Positions 24,461 through 40,476 of a stretch of DNA of 64,000 bases are shown in pieces. The stretch comes from the human T2T-CHM13v2.0 reference genome, Homo sapiens. Position 1 is the first letter of the stretch; the number at the start of each line of letters is the position of its first letter. The notes beneath the pieces are model-generated. The model ran no database searches. It was not told the origin of the DNA and saw nothing but the letters and a program-made list of their open reading frames with translations. Both the position numbers and the translations under genes were made by a program. The stretch lies in NCBI RefSeq assembly GCF_009914755.1, contig NC_060947.1, one strand, 5' to 3'.

Positions 24461-26369
24461 TCTTGTATTTTGAGGGCTTCTTTTTCATTAGCGTCTACTG
24501 CTGTAGAATTACTGTATTCCTTTTGGGGTATCATATTATTTTGCTTTTCATTCCTCCTGTGTTTTTGATATCTGCACATCTGTTGTCATAGTTGCTTCTT
24601 TTATTTTTGAATTTACCTTTGTTCATAAGGGTAACATCTCTTTTGAAGATGTGAGTATGATATTTGTTGGGTATGGACTTTTGGCTTTGTTTCTAGGTGT
24701 GTGCAGTGATAAAGTCTCTGTAGGATTTCTTTGGCCTCAGTTTATTAGGGTGTGGCTATTGGTGGAGACTGGTGAAATTGTGCTGGGGACTGGACTGAAA
24801 GATGGGGCCTTCTGCAGGTTCCAAAGGTGGTGCTGGTGGGCTTTGTAGTCTATTCTTGTGACTTGGGGCAGTGTATGGTGAGACCTTTGTTGATGGTTCC
24901 AGGCAGGCCAATTCTTGGGCATCTGAGTGACTTTCTAAGATGCTGGTTGTAGAAGCAGTATACCAAGTGGGTGAGCAGGCTCTCATGCTCCTGGGAAGGC
25001 AGGCTGGCATAGTTGATGGTCGTAGCAGTGGTGGTTATATACTTTTCTGCTTCCCAAGTGCTGTACTCTTGTGTCGTCAGTGGTGACAGTGGTTGCAGTG
25101 GGCAGACCTCCAGGCCAGTAGGTGGCCCTTGCAGGTATGAGCCACCCAAGGTGATAGCAATAGGATGTAAATTCCTGACCTCTGTCTACCAGGAGACATG
25201 CTCAGATATCCCAGTTGGTAGATTGTGTTGTGGAACCCCACACTCTGTTTTAGGGAGAAGCAAAGCTGGGTGGATCCAAACTGGACAAGCTTGCACTCAG
25301 GTCCGCCAGTAGCAAATGCATGCACCAGCTGTGATGGAGGAGGCAAGCAGGGAGGTATTCAGGCCTCAGGTGAAATGCTTGGGTGAGTTTTTACCACTGC
25401 TGCACTGAGGTCCTGCTACAGGCAGCATGTGGGCAGTCCCAGTGGCAACAGTTTTGGCCAGCGGTTGGAGGACTGTGTCCCTCTTCCACCCCGGTCCTTG
25501 TGGGGCTCCTTCACCTGTCCCAGCTGTCACAGTTGAGTTTGCTGTTTAGTCAGACCAGACAGTTTGCTTCTAGTCCATGTCTCATCCCTGTGCTATAGGA
25601 GCCCCCACCCAGCTCAAGCCCAGGCTCTGTGACACCTCTCATCCTGCTCAGTTCATGGGGATATGCTAGCAGCTGGGGTGCATGCCATGTTTGCTTCTTA
25701 GTCCTGGTTGTGAGATTCCATCCTCCACTCAAGCCCAGGCTTCATAAGCTGGTGCTCAAGTTTTTCTAATGCCTGGAATAGCACCACTGGTTCCCTGGAC
25801 CATACAGAGTTTGTTAACAGCTAGGATCAAGAAAAATGTCTTACTGTAGCTGCTTAGGTTTCAGGGCATGAGCCAGCCACTCACTAAGTTAGATTCAGGG
25901 TTGAAAGAGTCAAGTTGCATTCTGGTGGCTGGATTTTACAATTCCCCAGGGGAAAAGTGGACTGCAGAAAGACACTCACTCACCCTCTCTCATAGTGGGG
26001 ATTCACTCTCAGTTCCTGGTCTATCATGGTCATATAAGCTGCCTGTTTTTTTTTTTCCCCTTCTTTCTCAATTTTGGAGATTCCTTTGGCTTTTCTGTTG
26101 AATTCCTATGTTCCCTCTTGGATAATATATTCAAAGTGTGATTGCCTACCAACCATTTTCATTCTTCTAAAAGGATGAGGCATGCTAGAAATGCTTCTAG
26201 GCAGCCATCTTGGGAAAATTTTTAAAAAATTGCTGTTTTACTTTGTTTCTTTTGTTGTGTAGTGCTTCCCTGATTGGTGCTAATCTTTGTGGCTGTGTGC
26301 TGGTGTCTGTGGATTTGAAGAAGTCCCTATTCTATCTTTGCAGACTGGCTTTGCATGGGAAAGCCCTTA

Positions 26370-27830
26370 ATTAGTCAGACTGTCTGGAAATTCTGGGGCT
26401 GCCATCTGGCCTGGTCCATGGATGGGCTTGCTGCTGGAGTTCAGGCAGGTTGACCTGGTGCCTAGGGCAGCAGCTTGGTGGGCCTGGTGCGTATTCCACA
26501 GGATTGGGTCTGGAGCCTGGATCCACTGTGGTGGTACTGGTTTGCAGGGGAGGGCCTGAAGCCTGTATTCATGAGGGCTGTCTTTAAACCTGTCAGGCAT
26601 GGGCTGACCTGGCACTTGAGTAGGCCTTAAACCTGAGTCTGCAAGGATCAGCCGGGCATTGAGATTGACCTGGAGCCTGAGTCCATGGGGCCTGGCCTGG
26701 CATGGTACTGTGGTATGCTGGAGACTGAGTCCATGAATGTGAGCCTAGTTCCTTGGTCTGTGGGGAAAAAGACTAACCTAAAACCTGGGTCTTCCTGGGT
26801 ATACCTGGATCCTAAGTGCTTGGGACAAGACTGGCTCCAGGGTCTATTGAAGTTGGCCTGGACTTTTGGTTTGCTGAAGCAGGCCCACTGGCACCTGGGG
26901 CCATGGGGATCAACCTGAAGCCTCTGGCTGGCCTGGTGCTGAGGCAGGTGTAAAGCCTGGGTCTGCAGTACTGGTATGGAGCTTGAAGTTACTGCTGCTG
27001 GTTGGCCTGATGCCCAGAGCCATGGGGGCTGGCCTGGGGCCCTGGGGCCATTGGGATAAGCCTAGAAGCTTGTTGTGTGGGTGCTGGTCTGAAGGCTAGG
27101 TACACAAGGGCTACCCTGGGTCCTAGGGCTATGGGAACAGACCTGGAACATGAGTCTACATGGGCAGTCCTGCATCCTGTGTCCATAGGGGCTGAACCAG
27201 CACTGGAGTCTACTGAGATGGGCCTAGCTCCAGAGTCTGCTGGAGGTTGGAGCTATAGGGGCCAGCCTCAAGAGTGGTGCTGCAGGGTCTCACATGACAC
27301 TGGGCAGGCCTGGAGTCTGTGTGCATGAGTGTCAGCCTCATGCTTGAGGTCAGTGATGCCAACCTGGTGCTGGGGTAGACATGAAGTCTGGGGCTATGTG
27401 AGTTAATATAACTCTGGACTGGTCTGGAACCTGGGTTGGTCTTGGAGTCTGGGGCTACAGGGCTTGTCCTGGTGCTAGGTGGGCCTGGAGTCTGTATCGG
27501 CAGAGGCTGGCCTGAAGGCTGAGTCTCCAGGTTCTGCTAGGGCTGAGTGGGTGGGACTAGTGTGGAGTGGGCCTGAAGTCTGGGGCCATGGAAGCCAGCC
27601 TGGTGCTGGGGACAATCTGGAGCCTGGGGTTTTGTCTGGCAGTATGTCAGGCCCTAAGACCAAGTCTGCCAGGCATGTGTGAAGCTCAGGGCTGTGGGAT
27701 CTGGCCTGGCACCAGGGTAAGCATAGAGGCTCAGTCTACAATTACAGCCTGAAGTATTGGGCCTTGGGTTTGGGGTCTGCCAAGTGCTGAGTTTTACTGG
27801 CGCAGGCCCAGTGCTGGGATCTGAGGCAAA
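26370..27830 (-). repeat. GC-rich degenerate tandem-repeat array of an old L1 5'UTR
   Basis: Recurrent motifs such as ggcctggagcctgggtccatgggg, ggcctgaagcctg, ctggtgctgggg. Confidence 0.7.
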
Positions 27831-28829
27831 GTCCATTGTTCACTTGCATCTTCTTCCTTCACACAGAGGGTATATCTCTCTAGAATATGTTATCCAGGAT
27901 TTAGGGGAAGTATGATGCAGACAATGTAAAACCGTCTCTCCTACCCTCTTCAATGCACTTTTTCTTATTTTTGTGCTACACCCAGGTGCTGTAATCTCTT
28001 GTGTTTATGTTTTCTGAATACCTATTATAGTTTCATTTCCACTCGTTTTGATTTTCAATTACTTTTTCTTTTTTAACTACTATAGCTATATTTATCTCTT
28101 CAAGAATGCAACTAATACATTCCATTATTTTGTCTTACTATTTAATGAAATGAGTTTTATCTGGAATAAATTTGTGTTCTAATTATTGGCTGACACTTCT
28201 AATATTATTTCATATGATTTATAATTTTTGTTTACACATTCATTTTGTGTGTGAGGTTTTATGTTTATGTTTTTTCCCTTTCTAGATCTACTTTACTCTT
28301 TCTAAACATTCCTTCCTTTCCAGTCATTTTTGTGTTTGCCTCTGCATGGCTCAGACCTTCAGTGCAAAACCATGTCTTGTAATCATTGTTAATATTTCCA
28401 TTCTTGTAGTGATATTAAATTCCATAAATGAACCAGTGAAGAGTGTGATTTACTTTCTGGAACTTTACACATTCCCTATACCCATAGCTTCTAATCAAAC
28501 ATCTATCATGTCAAAAAGAAGTTTCTCAGCATCTTTGCATCTGTGAGGGTCCCTACTTTGTCTCCTGGCTTCAGGTATGACTGGCTCTAATATCCATATC
28601 TCAGATGCAGGACAGTATTTTTTCATTTCCCTGCAGAAACCCATCTGTTATAGGTCTGTGTATTTAGCCCGATTCTACATTATATTTCCATTCAATTTTT
28701 TTGTCATAAGGATGCTTATTTTACTTTCAGTCATAATTATGCTTTTTTAATTTTAAAAATTGTGTTATCCATGTATGTGAGACTTTTGTGTTGCTCAAAG
28801 CAATAAATATTGTTGTCTTCACCTTTTTC

Positions 28830-30110
28830 AATGCCTCAGCAGCTTTCATTAGATTTTGTTATTCCTCCTTTCATACAATACTTACCTCAGTTTTTACCAC
28901 ATACATGCCTGATTTTCTTCTCTCTCACTAGCTACTCCTCCAGCTCTGCTTTTGGCTTCTCCTCCAAAAGACCTCTATCATGTTGGAATTCCTTAAGATA
29001 CAATTCTGGGTTTTCTTCTCTTCCCTAGCTATTCTCTTTCTAGGCGTTTTCAATAATTTCCACAGCATCAATTACTAACTATATGGAGATTCAGTTTTAA
29101 ATGTATATCTCCAGCCTAGAAATTCCTCCTGGGCTCAAGATACCTATATCCAATATCTTATTTTACTATCTTTTATGCGTCTCACAGATATTTTAAATTG
29201 GATGTTAAAATTAAACTCTTGATTTCCTCCAAATTAGTTCCTCTCCAAGTCTTACTAATCTCAGAATGCAACAGCACCCTTCAATTACTCCCTCAAGCCA
29301 GAAAATATGAAGGCATCTGTGTTTCTATTATTTTCCTCATAGTTCACACACATATATACACACACGTACATACTTCTAACTCATCAGAAAATCCTAGTAA
29401 TTCTACCTTCTAAATAGATTTGAATCCATATACTTTTCTCCGTGTCCAGTGTCACACTTTAGCACAGGCCATTCTTATCTCTTATATGGGTTGCCATGAT
29501 AGCCTTTAATTGGTCTTCCATTTCTATTCCCCCTATTACCACCAGTTCACAGTAATTCATTCTAGACACAGTAACCAGGGTGATCTTTTTATGTAACCAT
29601 GTAAATCTAATCATGTTACATTCCTGGTTAAACCTTTCAATGATTTTCAAATGCACTTGGAATAAAACTGAAAAAAGCCTTACCATGATCTACAAACTCT
29701 GAATAACCCTGCCCCTAAGTAACTCTTCTGTTTTACTTAGTACCATTCATTCCTTCATTCATTATATCCTTAATATGGCTTTTTATTTTTAGTTCCTAAG
29801 AGAAAACTACATCAGGGCTTTAGTTCTTGTTCTACAATCTTCCTTCAAGATTTTTTTTTTTTTTTACCAAGGAACTTGTATAACTGCTTCTTCTTGTTAT
29901 TCCTGCCTCAGTGTATATGCTACCTGTACAAGGAGCCCTTTCATTTTAAATAATACCCCCCTTTATTCTGTTATAAAGCATCTTTGTTTTCTTCCACACA
30001 TTTGTAAAATGCTGTTATTATTTGACTCACATATTTATTTAGAAAATTTTCCAGTCTTGTTCTTCATTATTATTGAATTCACACTGACCTCTAGCACTAA
30101 AATATCAAAC
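28830..30110 (+). mobile_element. L2 LINE 3' region
   Basis: atctccagcctagaaattcctcctgggctcaagatacctatatccaat; aaatctaatcatgttacattcctggttaaacctttcaatg. Confidence 0.75.
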
Positions 30111-31204
30111 ACTTTCTATATAGTTTGAAAGCAAGTAATTGGTGACATATCATTTATATAAATAAAAAAGAGAAGCCAGTGGGTAAGCACCATATGAGCC
30201 TCCAAGTCCACACTCAGATTGTCAGAGAGAAGGTATGCCTAATTTCCAGGGAGACTTGCATGCCAACAAAAGAGAATATCCATTTTACATTCCTGTTTTC
30301 AAGACAATGTTTTATAGGAAGACTATTCTCATTTAAAAAGTTTATTAAACCATCGAACATTTGTGTCTACATTAACAAATATAGCATGCATGGCTACATT
30401 CAACATTATCTACTAAGTTTTGTTTGGGGAAAAATGTCCTTTTAACTCAAAAGACTATGCTTATATAACTGCTGTTATTATACACACACTTGACGTCTCT
30501 AAGAAATAAATTTAAATTCCTCTTCTTGTAATAGGTCTTTACAAAAACTTAATGGTACTTAAACTAGTAAATGACTTCCCAATATTTTGATTACTATGAT
30601 TAAAATACCTGGCACACATAGCTTTAAGGTCAGTCAGTATCAAACTGTGAGCTGTGCAAGAAATATAGAATAGAGATCTATACGTGGACACTTTTTGTTT
30701 AATTGTCCTTTGAATAACATTCCAATGGCAATTGAATAGTGCAGCTGTTTGTAATCAACTTAGTACTGTGATCTCTTGAGAATGTATGATTTGTAACTGC
30801 TGCTGAATTTTGCATTTATGTTGGTCTAAATCAGGTTAGTTTATTTAAAAACTAGTGTGTTTTATAAGGGCAAAATATAAATAATAGCATTTATTAAAAC
30901 TGCCTGTGATTTGTGAGCAATGTTATTCTAGAATTCCTTCCCACTCATCTTTCTGCTCAAAACAAGCTATTTTAAAATCATTTCCATGTAGCTAAACACG
31001 ATGCTACTAACATGCTATCTGCAATATTCTAACTTTCCCAATTGAAGAGATGAACTTAAATGAGTCACATACATTCGATCAACTGGTGCTTTCTATGACC
31101 AAAAGCTTGCATTTGCCATATGTGTTGGGACGGGGAGGGAAGAGTAGAAAAAGTGAAACATCTATAAATAAAAGCTGTGATAGAGGCTGAATAAGGTTAT
31201 AATT

Positions 31205-31390
31205 AACTTTTCTTAATCAATAAAACCACCTGTGAGTAAATATTATTGTTATTCTCATTTTAAATGTAAGGAAATGGAAACTAAGAGAAGTGAAATGGCT
31301 TGTACATCATCACACAGCTATGAGAGGCAAAAAGTTAAACCAGATCTGTTTCACTCTAAATCTTCACCTTTTAATGACCCTGCTATACAA
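31205..31390 (-). mobile_element. MIR SINE
   Basis: attctcattttaaatgtaaggaaatggaaactaagagaagtgaaatggcttg...cacacagcta. Confidence 0.7.
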
Positions 31391-31547
31391 CTTCCCTAAG
31401 CTTTCAGAAGTTTAATGCATGTTTCTCACAAACATAAGACAAAAGTGGACAAGAAGCCAATATGAGGAATCCTTTTGGAAACTATTATATTATGCCAGGT
31501 TTTGAACTAGGGTGACCACAGTAAGAATGTTATATTTAGAAAATGAA

Positions 31548-34850
<3,303 letters not shown>

Positions 34851-35039
34851 ATCTTGTTTTAACAACAAAAAAAAAACACCAAATACATTCAAATATCCTT
34901 AAAAAAATAAATAAAATGAAAAACAAGCGAGATTACTAGAAGAGTACTTAGTGACTCATTGGACATAGAAGGATTGGACTGAGTCAATGATAAATGGGAT
35001 AATGATAGTGACACTAGCAAAAAAAGTGAAGTCAAAAAG

Positions 35040-35150
35040 AAATGACCCTTAAATATATGAAGATATATTTATCACATATAATTAAAGAAATGCAAATTAA
35101 TAATACACTGAAATACTCTGCTATCAGATAAGCAACAATTTGAAAATATG
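35040..35150 (+). mobile_element. L1MC fragment (continues at about 43400)
   Basis: attaaagaaatgcaaattaataatacactgaaatac...ctatcagataagcaacaatt, which continues in register at 43405 (atgacaactcattctattagtgaggctgtgagg). Confidence 0.55.
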
Positions 35151-35154
35151 CCAA

Positions 35155-37468
35155 GACTCCGGTTTCAGCAATGACATGTGAAAGACCTTAGAAGTTGTCA
35201 CTCTCATCCTTACAACAAGCAAAAAAAACCTGATAAACTGAAAATTAATGATTTTTCTTGGAACCATTAGAGAATTGAAGTAACGGAGCAAGTCAGCATC
35301 TGGAAATCTCTACAGATGAGAATCCAGAGAGTCATAGCAAAGATCTGCTTACCTAAAGCAAGAGTGGCTGGAACCATAATATGGTAGGACCACTTCAATG
35401 GTAATTTTGACTGCATTCATAGAGGATAAATGAAGAGGTGCAATAGAAGTGAGAATCTTATGGCAGCCCAGCTTTACGAAACTCCTACAAAATAATAATT
35501 TTACCTTCAGAAACCCCGGTAGGTTCTCACAGTAAGAATTCTGAGGAGTTCCCCTCCTGGCTTTAGCAGGAGAAGAAGAGTAATCATTGTGAAATATTCT
35601 CATGATGTCCTCCACAACAAAGAGCTGTTCTACAAGGAAAAAGACTACCAGAGCCTTATTCCGGTTGGCAGAAGGATATTCCTTTCGCTCCAGCCTTCCT
35701 GTCTCACCAAAGGACAACATGTGGTGGGAGGAGGTATACCACTGAATAAACACTTGTGAGGAGACATTTGGCCATTAAAATGTTGAAAATTAATCAAAAT
35801 ATTCTGGAAAGTTGTTCCTCTTTCATACCTAACACCACACTAACAAGGCCTAGAGAATAATTTATAGCCTTAAATAAATATATTAGGGAAAAAAATCTCA
35901 TCTTAATGACCTAAGATTTCACCATAGAAAAATAACAAAAAATTTTAAGTAAAAAAAGGAGAAAATAGTGAAATTATAAAAATTAGAGCAAAAACCAATG
36001 AAACGGAACACAGAGAAACAATAGAAAAAAGAATGAAAATACAATCTGTTGTTATACAAATATTAATAAAATTGATACAAATCTAGCTAAGCTAAACAAG
36101 AATTTTTGACTTCACTTTTTTTGCTAGCATCACTATCTTAATGGGTCATTATTACTGATTGCATGTATTTTAAAAGGATAATAAAGAAATACCATGAACA
36201 ATTTTTTACCACAAATTTGATCATTTAGATGAAACTGACAAATTCCTTAAAAGACACAAACTACCAAAAGTAATATAAGAGAAAAAAATAATCTGCAAGA
36301 CTTGTATCTATTAAAAATTAAATCAATAATTAATAACTTACTAAAAGAGAAAGCAACAAACCCAGATAGTTTTGCTGGCAAATTCTATCGAATACTTACT
36401 GAGGAAACAGTATCAATTCTCCACAATCTTTTCTAAGAGATAAAAGAAGTAGGAACACTTCTTAATTCATTCTACGAGGCCACCATCCCCTTAATTCCAA
36501 AACCAGACTAAAGACATTACAAGAAAGGAAAACTATAGGCCAACATCTCCCTTGATCAGAGATGGAAAAATCCTCGACAAAATAGGAAATTGAATCCAGC
36601 AATGAATATATAAAATTATATACCATCATCAAGTAGGATTTCAGTTGTGTAACACTGGCTCGAGATTTAAAAATCAGGCCGGGTGTAGTGGCTCACACCT
36701 GGAATTTCAGGGCTGTGAGAGGCCGAGGCAGGTGGATCGCTTGAGCCCAGGATTTCAGGACCAGCCTAGGCTTTGAACAAAGCGAGACCCAGGCCCTGGC
36801 ATGGTGGCTCACCCCTGTAATCCCAGCAATTTGGGAGTCTGAGGTGGACAGATTGCTAGAAACCCGAAGTTCAAGATCAGCTTGGGCAACATGGCAAAAC
36901 CTCATCTGCACTAAAACTAAACTAAACTAACTAAATAAATAAATTGGACTAAATTTTAAAAAATAAATAAAAATTTAAAAAATCAATCTGTATAATTTCC
37001 TAAATCAACAGACTAAATAAGAAAAATCATGCAATCACATCAATTGATACTGGAAAAATACATGACGAAATTCTTAAACTATTCATAGTTTTAGAAAATT
37101 TAATAAACTATTAATATAGTGTATTTTTTTCAGTGTGATAAAGAACATCTTCAAAAAGTTTATGGTTAACAAAGTACTTGATGGTAAGAAACTGGATATT
37201 TTTCCCTTAAGGTCCAGAAAAAGAGAAGGATATTATCTTTTATCACTCTTATTCAGTATCGTCTTAGCAGTGCCACATATTGCAATAAGACAATAAAATG
37301 AAATTAAAGTTGTATACATTAAAAAAAATAAAATGCCTTTGTTTACAGATGACATTATTGTACATGTAGAAACTTTTTTAAATCGACAACACGAAAATCT
37401 CCCAGGACAAATAAAAGACTATAACAAGGTCACAGGAATACAAAGTTAACATACAAAAGTCAATCTAC
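35155..37468 (+). mobile_element. L1MC/MD-type element: 5' end and partial ORF2 (3' tip at 43301-43404)
   Basis: 5' motif ctccggtttcagcaatgacatgtgaaagaccttagaagttgtcactc; ORF2 RT motif tttacagatgacatt (FADD-like) at about 37342. Confidence 0.7.
36677..36972 (+). mobile_element. Two tandem Alu left monomers (FLAM-like)
   Basis: ggccgggtgtagtggctcac... (36677-36790) directly followed by ggccctggcatggtggctcac... (36792 to about 36942); flanks atttaaaaatca / atttaaaaaatca. Confidence 0.8.
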
Positions 37469-37469
37469 A

Positions 37470-37582
37470 AAACTGTATTATACTCAGGTGACGGATACCC
37501 TAAATGCTCTGACTTTGATGACTATGTAATATATATATATATAAAGTATTATGTATTAAATACCTTTATACAAATAAAGGAA
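37470..37582 (+). mobile_element. Very short L1 3' tip (L1PB4/MA1-like)
   Basis: tactcaggtgacggataccctaaatgctctgacttt...tttatacaaataaa. Confidence 0.55.
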
Positions 37583-37876
37583 AGAAAAATAAATAAGAAC
37601 TGATGGATAGATAGATTAGAAAGAAAGCTAGATTGATAGGTGTGTGTGTGTGCGTGTGTGTTTGTGTTAGTATATACCCACTCTGTATACCGTTTGCCTT
37701 CAGCAAGCACCTCAGTGGGTTGTGTTTTTTATTCGTGGTGGAGCGACCCAAACATTCATTCCTGAAGGGTCTAGGTCATTTGTAGTCCTGCCTGGATTTG
37801 GCTGTTGTAGTTTCCCATTGACCTGAATCACAGGGCATGGTAATACTAAAAGATGCCCTAAAGGATTTCCTGTATT

Positions 37877-38302
37877 CTACACATACTCTTCCTTACTTCC
37901 ATTGCGGAGTAGTAGACTGATTTCATTTTGATAGTCTGGGTCAGTCACTCCAACCAACACTGTAACTCCTTTCTTAGCCTGTTGACTTAGAGGTAGGAGG
38001 AGCCCAAAGTAACTAGGTGACAAGCTTAACTTCAAGTTCAATGGAATCATTGTGTCTCCTGATGGCAGCATTCCCCCTTCTGGTACTAAGACGTCTAGGC
38101 TAGCAGAACATAATGTGGTGGGAACAGGAAGCAAAAATTTTGTTAATGGGTCATTAGGGGTGATGGTGAGTGGTGCCACTTCCACTTCCACCCCTTCATT
38201 AATGTACCCATGAATCCTGACTATGGGAGAAACAGTACCATATATTGGACACAGATTCAGGACATACACAGCCTTCTGGAGAACTTTGCCACAGCACTGC
38301 AA
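37877..38302 (-). pseudogene. HERV-L integrase C-terminus plus dUTPase remnant
   Basis: ...IPLNLKLSLSPSYFGLLLPLSQQAKKGVTVLVGVTDPDYQNEISLLL; a dUTPase downstream of IN is characteristic of ERV-L. Confidence 0.85.
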
Positions 38303-39533
38303 AGTATTGTCATCTAGTTAGCATTGTAATTGTGATTTCAAAAGGCCATTCCATTGTTCTATCATTCCAGCTGCTTCAGGATGATGGAGAACACAGAAAG
38401 ACCAGTGAATTCCGTGAGCATGAGTGCACTGTCACACTTCTTTAGCTGTAGACTGAGTGCCTTTGTCAGAGGCAATGATCACTGTGAGCATTGGTGCCAT
38501 ATCAAAGGCTCAGTGTTGGTCTCTGCTGCCAGTAAAGAGGGCACTCAGTGGTGGCTGTAGCCAGATCAACCTTGGTGAGTGGAAGTCCATGTAGCTGAGC
38601 CCATGGGTAAACTCCGTCCCTGCCACCATGGCCACTTTGTTCATGAGCCTATTGGGCAATGACAGGGGTGGCTGGGGAGAGAGACAGAGTGCTGTCCATA
38701 GAACAAGTCATCCTATCCGTTTGATTATTAAAATCCTCCTCTGCTGAGGTCACACTTTGGTGAGCATTCACATGAGATACAAATATCTTCACAGTTTTTG
38801 ACCACTCAGGTCCATCCACATACCTCTTCCCCAAATTTCTTTGTCACCAATTTTCCAATTATGCTTCTTCCAAGTCCCTGACTATCCAGCCAATCATTGT
38901 CTATAGCCCATGAATCAGTATATGATCGCACAACTGGCCATTTCTCCTTCCGAGCAAAGTGAACAACCAGGTGCACTGCTCAAAGTTCTGTCCACTGGGA
39001 AGATTTTCCTTTGCCACTGTCCTTCAGGGATGGCCTAGAAAGGGGCTATAGTGCTGCAGCTGTCCACTTTTGGGTGGTGCCTGCATATCATGCAGAACCA
39101 TCTGTGAATCAGGCCCTAGTCTTCTCTTCTTCTGTCAACTGATCACAGGGAACTACCCATGTGACCGTCGGTGCAGGCTGGGGGAGGGCAGGCAGATTGG
39201 CAGGAGCGGAGAACCTAGGCATTTGAGCCACTTCGTCATGTAACTTACTTGTGCCTTCCAGAACTGCTCGAGCTTGATCACATATATACCGCTTCCATCT
39301 GATGATGGAATGCTGCTGTGCATGCCCAATTTTATGAACAAATGGCTTAGAAAGCACCCAATTTATGATAGTCAGCTCAGGTCATATGGTGACTTGATGA
39401 CCAATAGTCAAACGTTGTGTTTCTACTGTAGCCCAGCAACAAGCCAAGAGCTGTCTCTCAAAGGGAGAGTAGTTATCTGCAAAGGATGGCAAGGCTTTGC
39501 TCCAAAACTGGAGAGGCCACCACTGTTATTCAC

Positions 39534-40428
39534 CTATGGGGGCGTGGCAAAGGCTCCAAACAGCATCTCTATCTGCCACTGACACCTCAACCACCATTGG
39601 ATCCGCTGATCATATGGCCCAAGTGGCAGAGCAGCTTGCACAGCAGCCTGGACCCCTTCTGGAGCCTTCTCCTGTTCTGGACCCCACTCAAAACTGGCAG
39701 CCTTTTTGGTCACTCGATAAATGGGCCAGAGTAACACACCCAAATGGGAAATGTGTTGCCTCCAAAATCCAAATAGGCACACTAGGCCTTGTGCCTCTTT
39801 CTTGGTTGTAGGAGGGGCCAAATGCAGCAACTTATTTTTCACCTCAGAAGGAATTATCTCGACAGGCCCCACACCATTAGACCCCTAAGAATTTCATTGA
39901 GGTCGAAGATCCCTGAATTTTAGTCAGATTTATTTCTATCCTCTGGCACTCATATGTCTCACCAATAAGTCCAGCGTGTTTGGGACTTCTTGCTCACTGG
40001 ATTCAATCAGCATAATGTCACCAATGTAATGGACCAGTGTGATATCTTGTGGAAGGGAAAAGTGATTCAGATCTTTGCAAAGAATATTATAACACAAAGC
40101 CAGAGATTTGATATGCCCCTGAGGTAGGACAGTAAAGGTATTGCTGGCCTTGTCAGCTGAAGGCAAATTGCCTCTGCTGGGCCTTATGGACAGGAATGGA
40201 GAAAAAGACATTTACCAAATCAATGGCTGTATACCAGTTACCAAGAGATGTGTTAATTTGCTCCAGCAATGAAACCACATCTGGTACAGCAGCTGCAATT
40301 AGAGTTACCACTTGGTTAAGCTTATGATGATCTACTGTCATTCTCCAAGATCCATCTGTCTTCTGCAAAGGCCGAATAGGAGAGGTGAACAAAGATGTGG
40401 TGGGAATCACCACCACTGCATTTTTCAA
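39534..40428 (-). pseudogene. HERV-L reverse transcriptase remnant (frameshifted)
   Basis: KTDGSWRMTVD, AIDLVNVFFSIP, LPQG, YIGD (catalytic YxDD mutated), LFGFWRQHI. Confidence 0.88.
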
Positions 40429-40476
40429 GCCCTTGATGGTGGCACTAATCTCTGCAATCCCTTTAGGGATGCGATA

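Noticed and set aside
26370-27830. Cluster of short ORFs or CRISPR-like repeat array
   Set aside because: Repeats are degenerate with no constant repeat/unique spacer structure, there are no cas genes, and the sequence is contiguous with L1 ORF1. It is an old L1 5'UTR.
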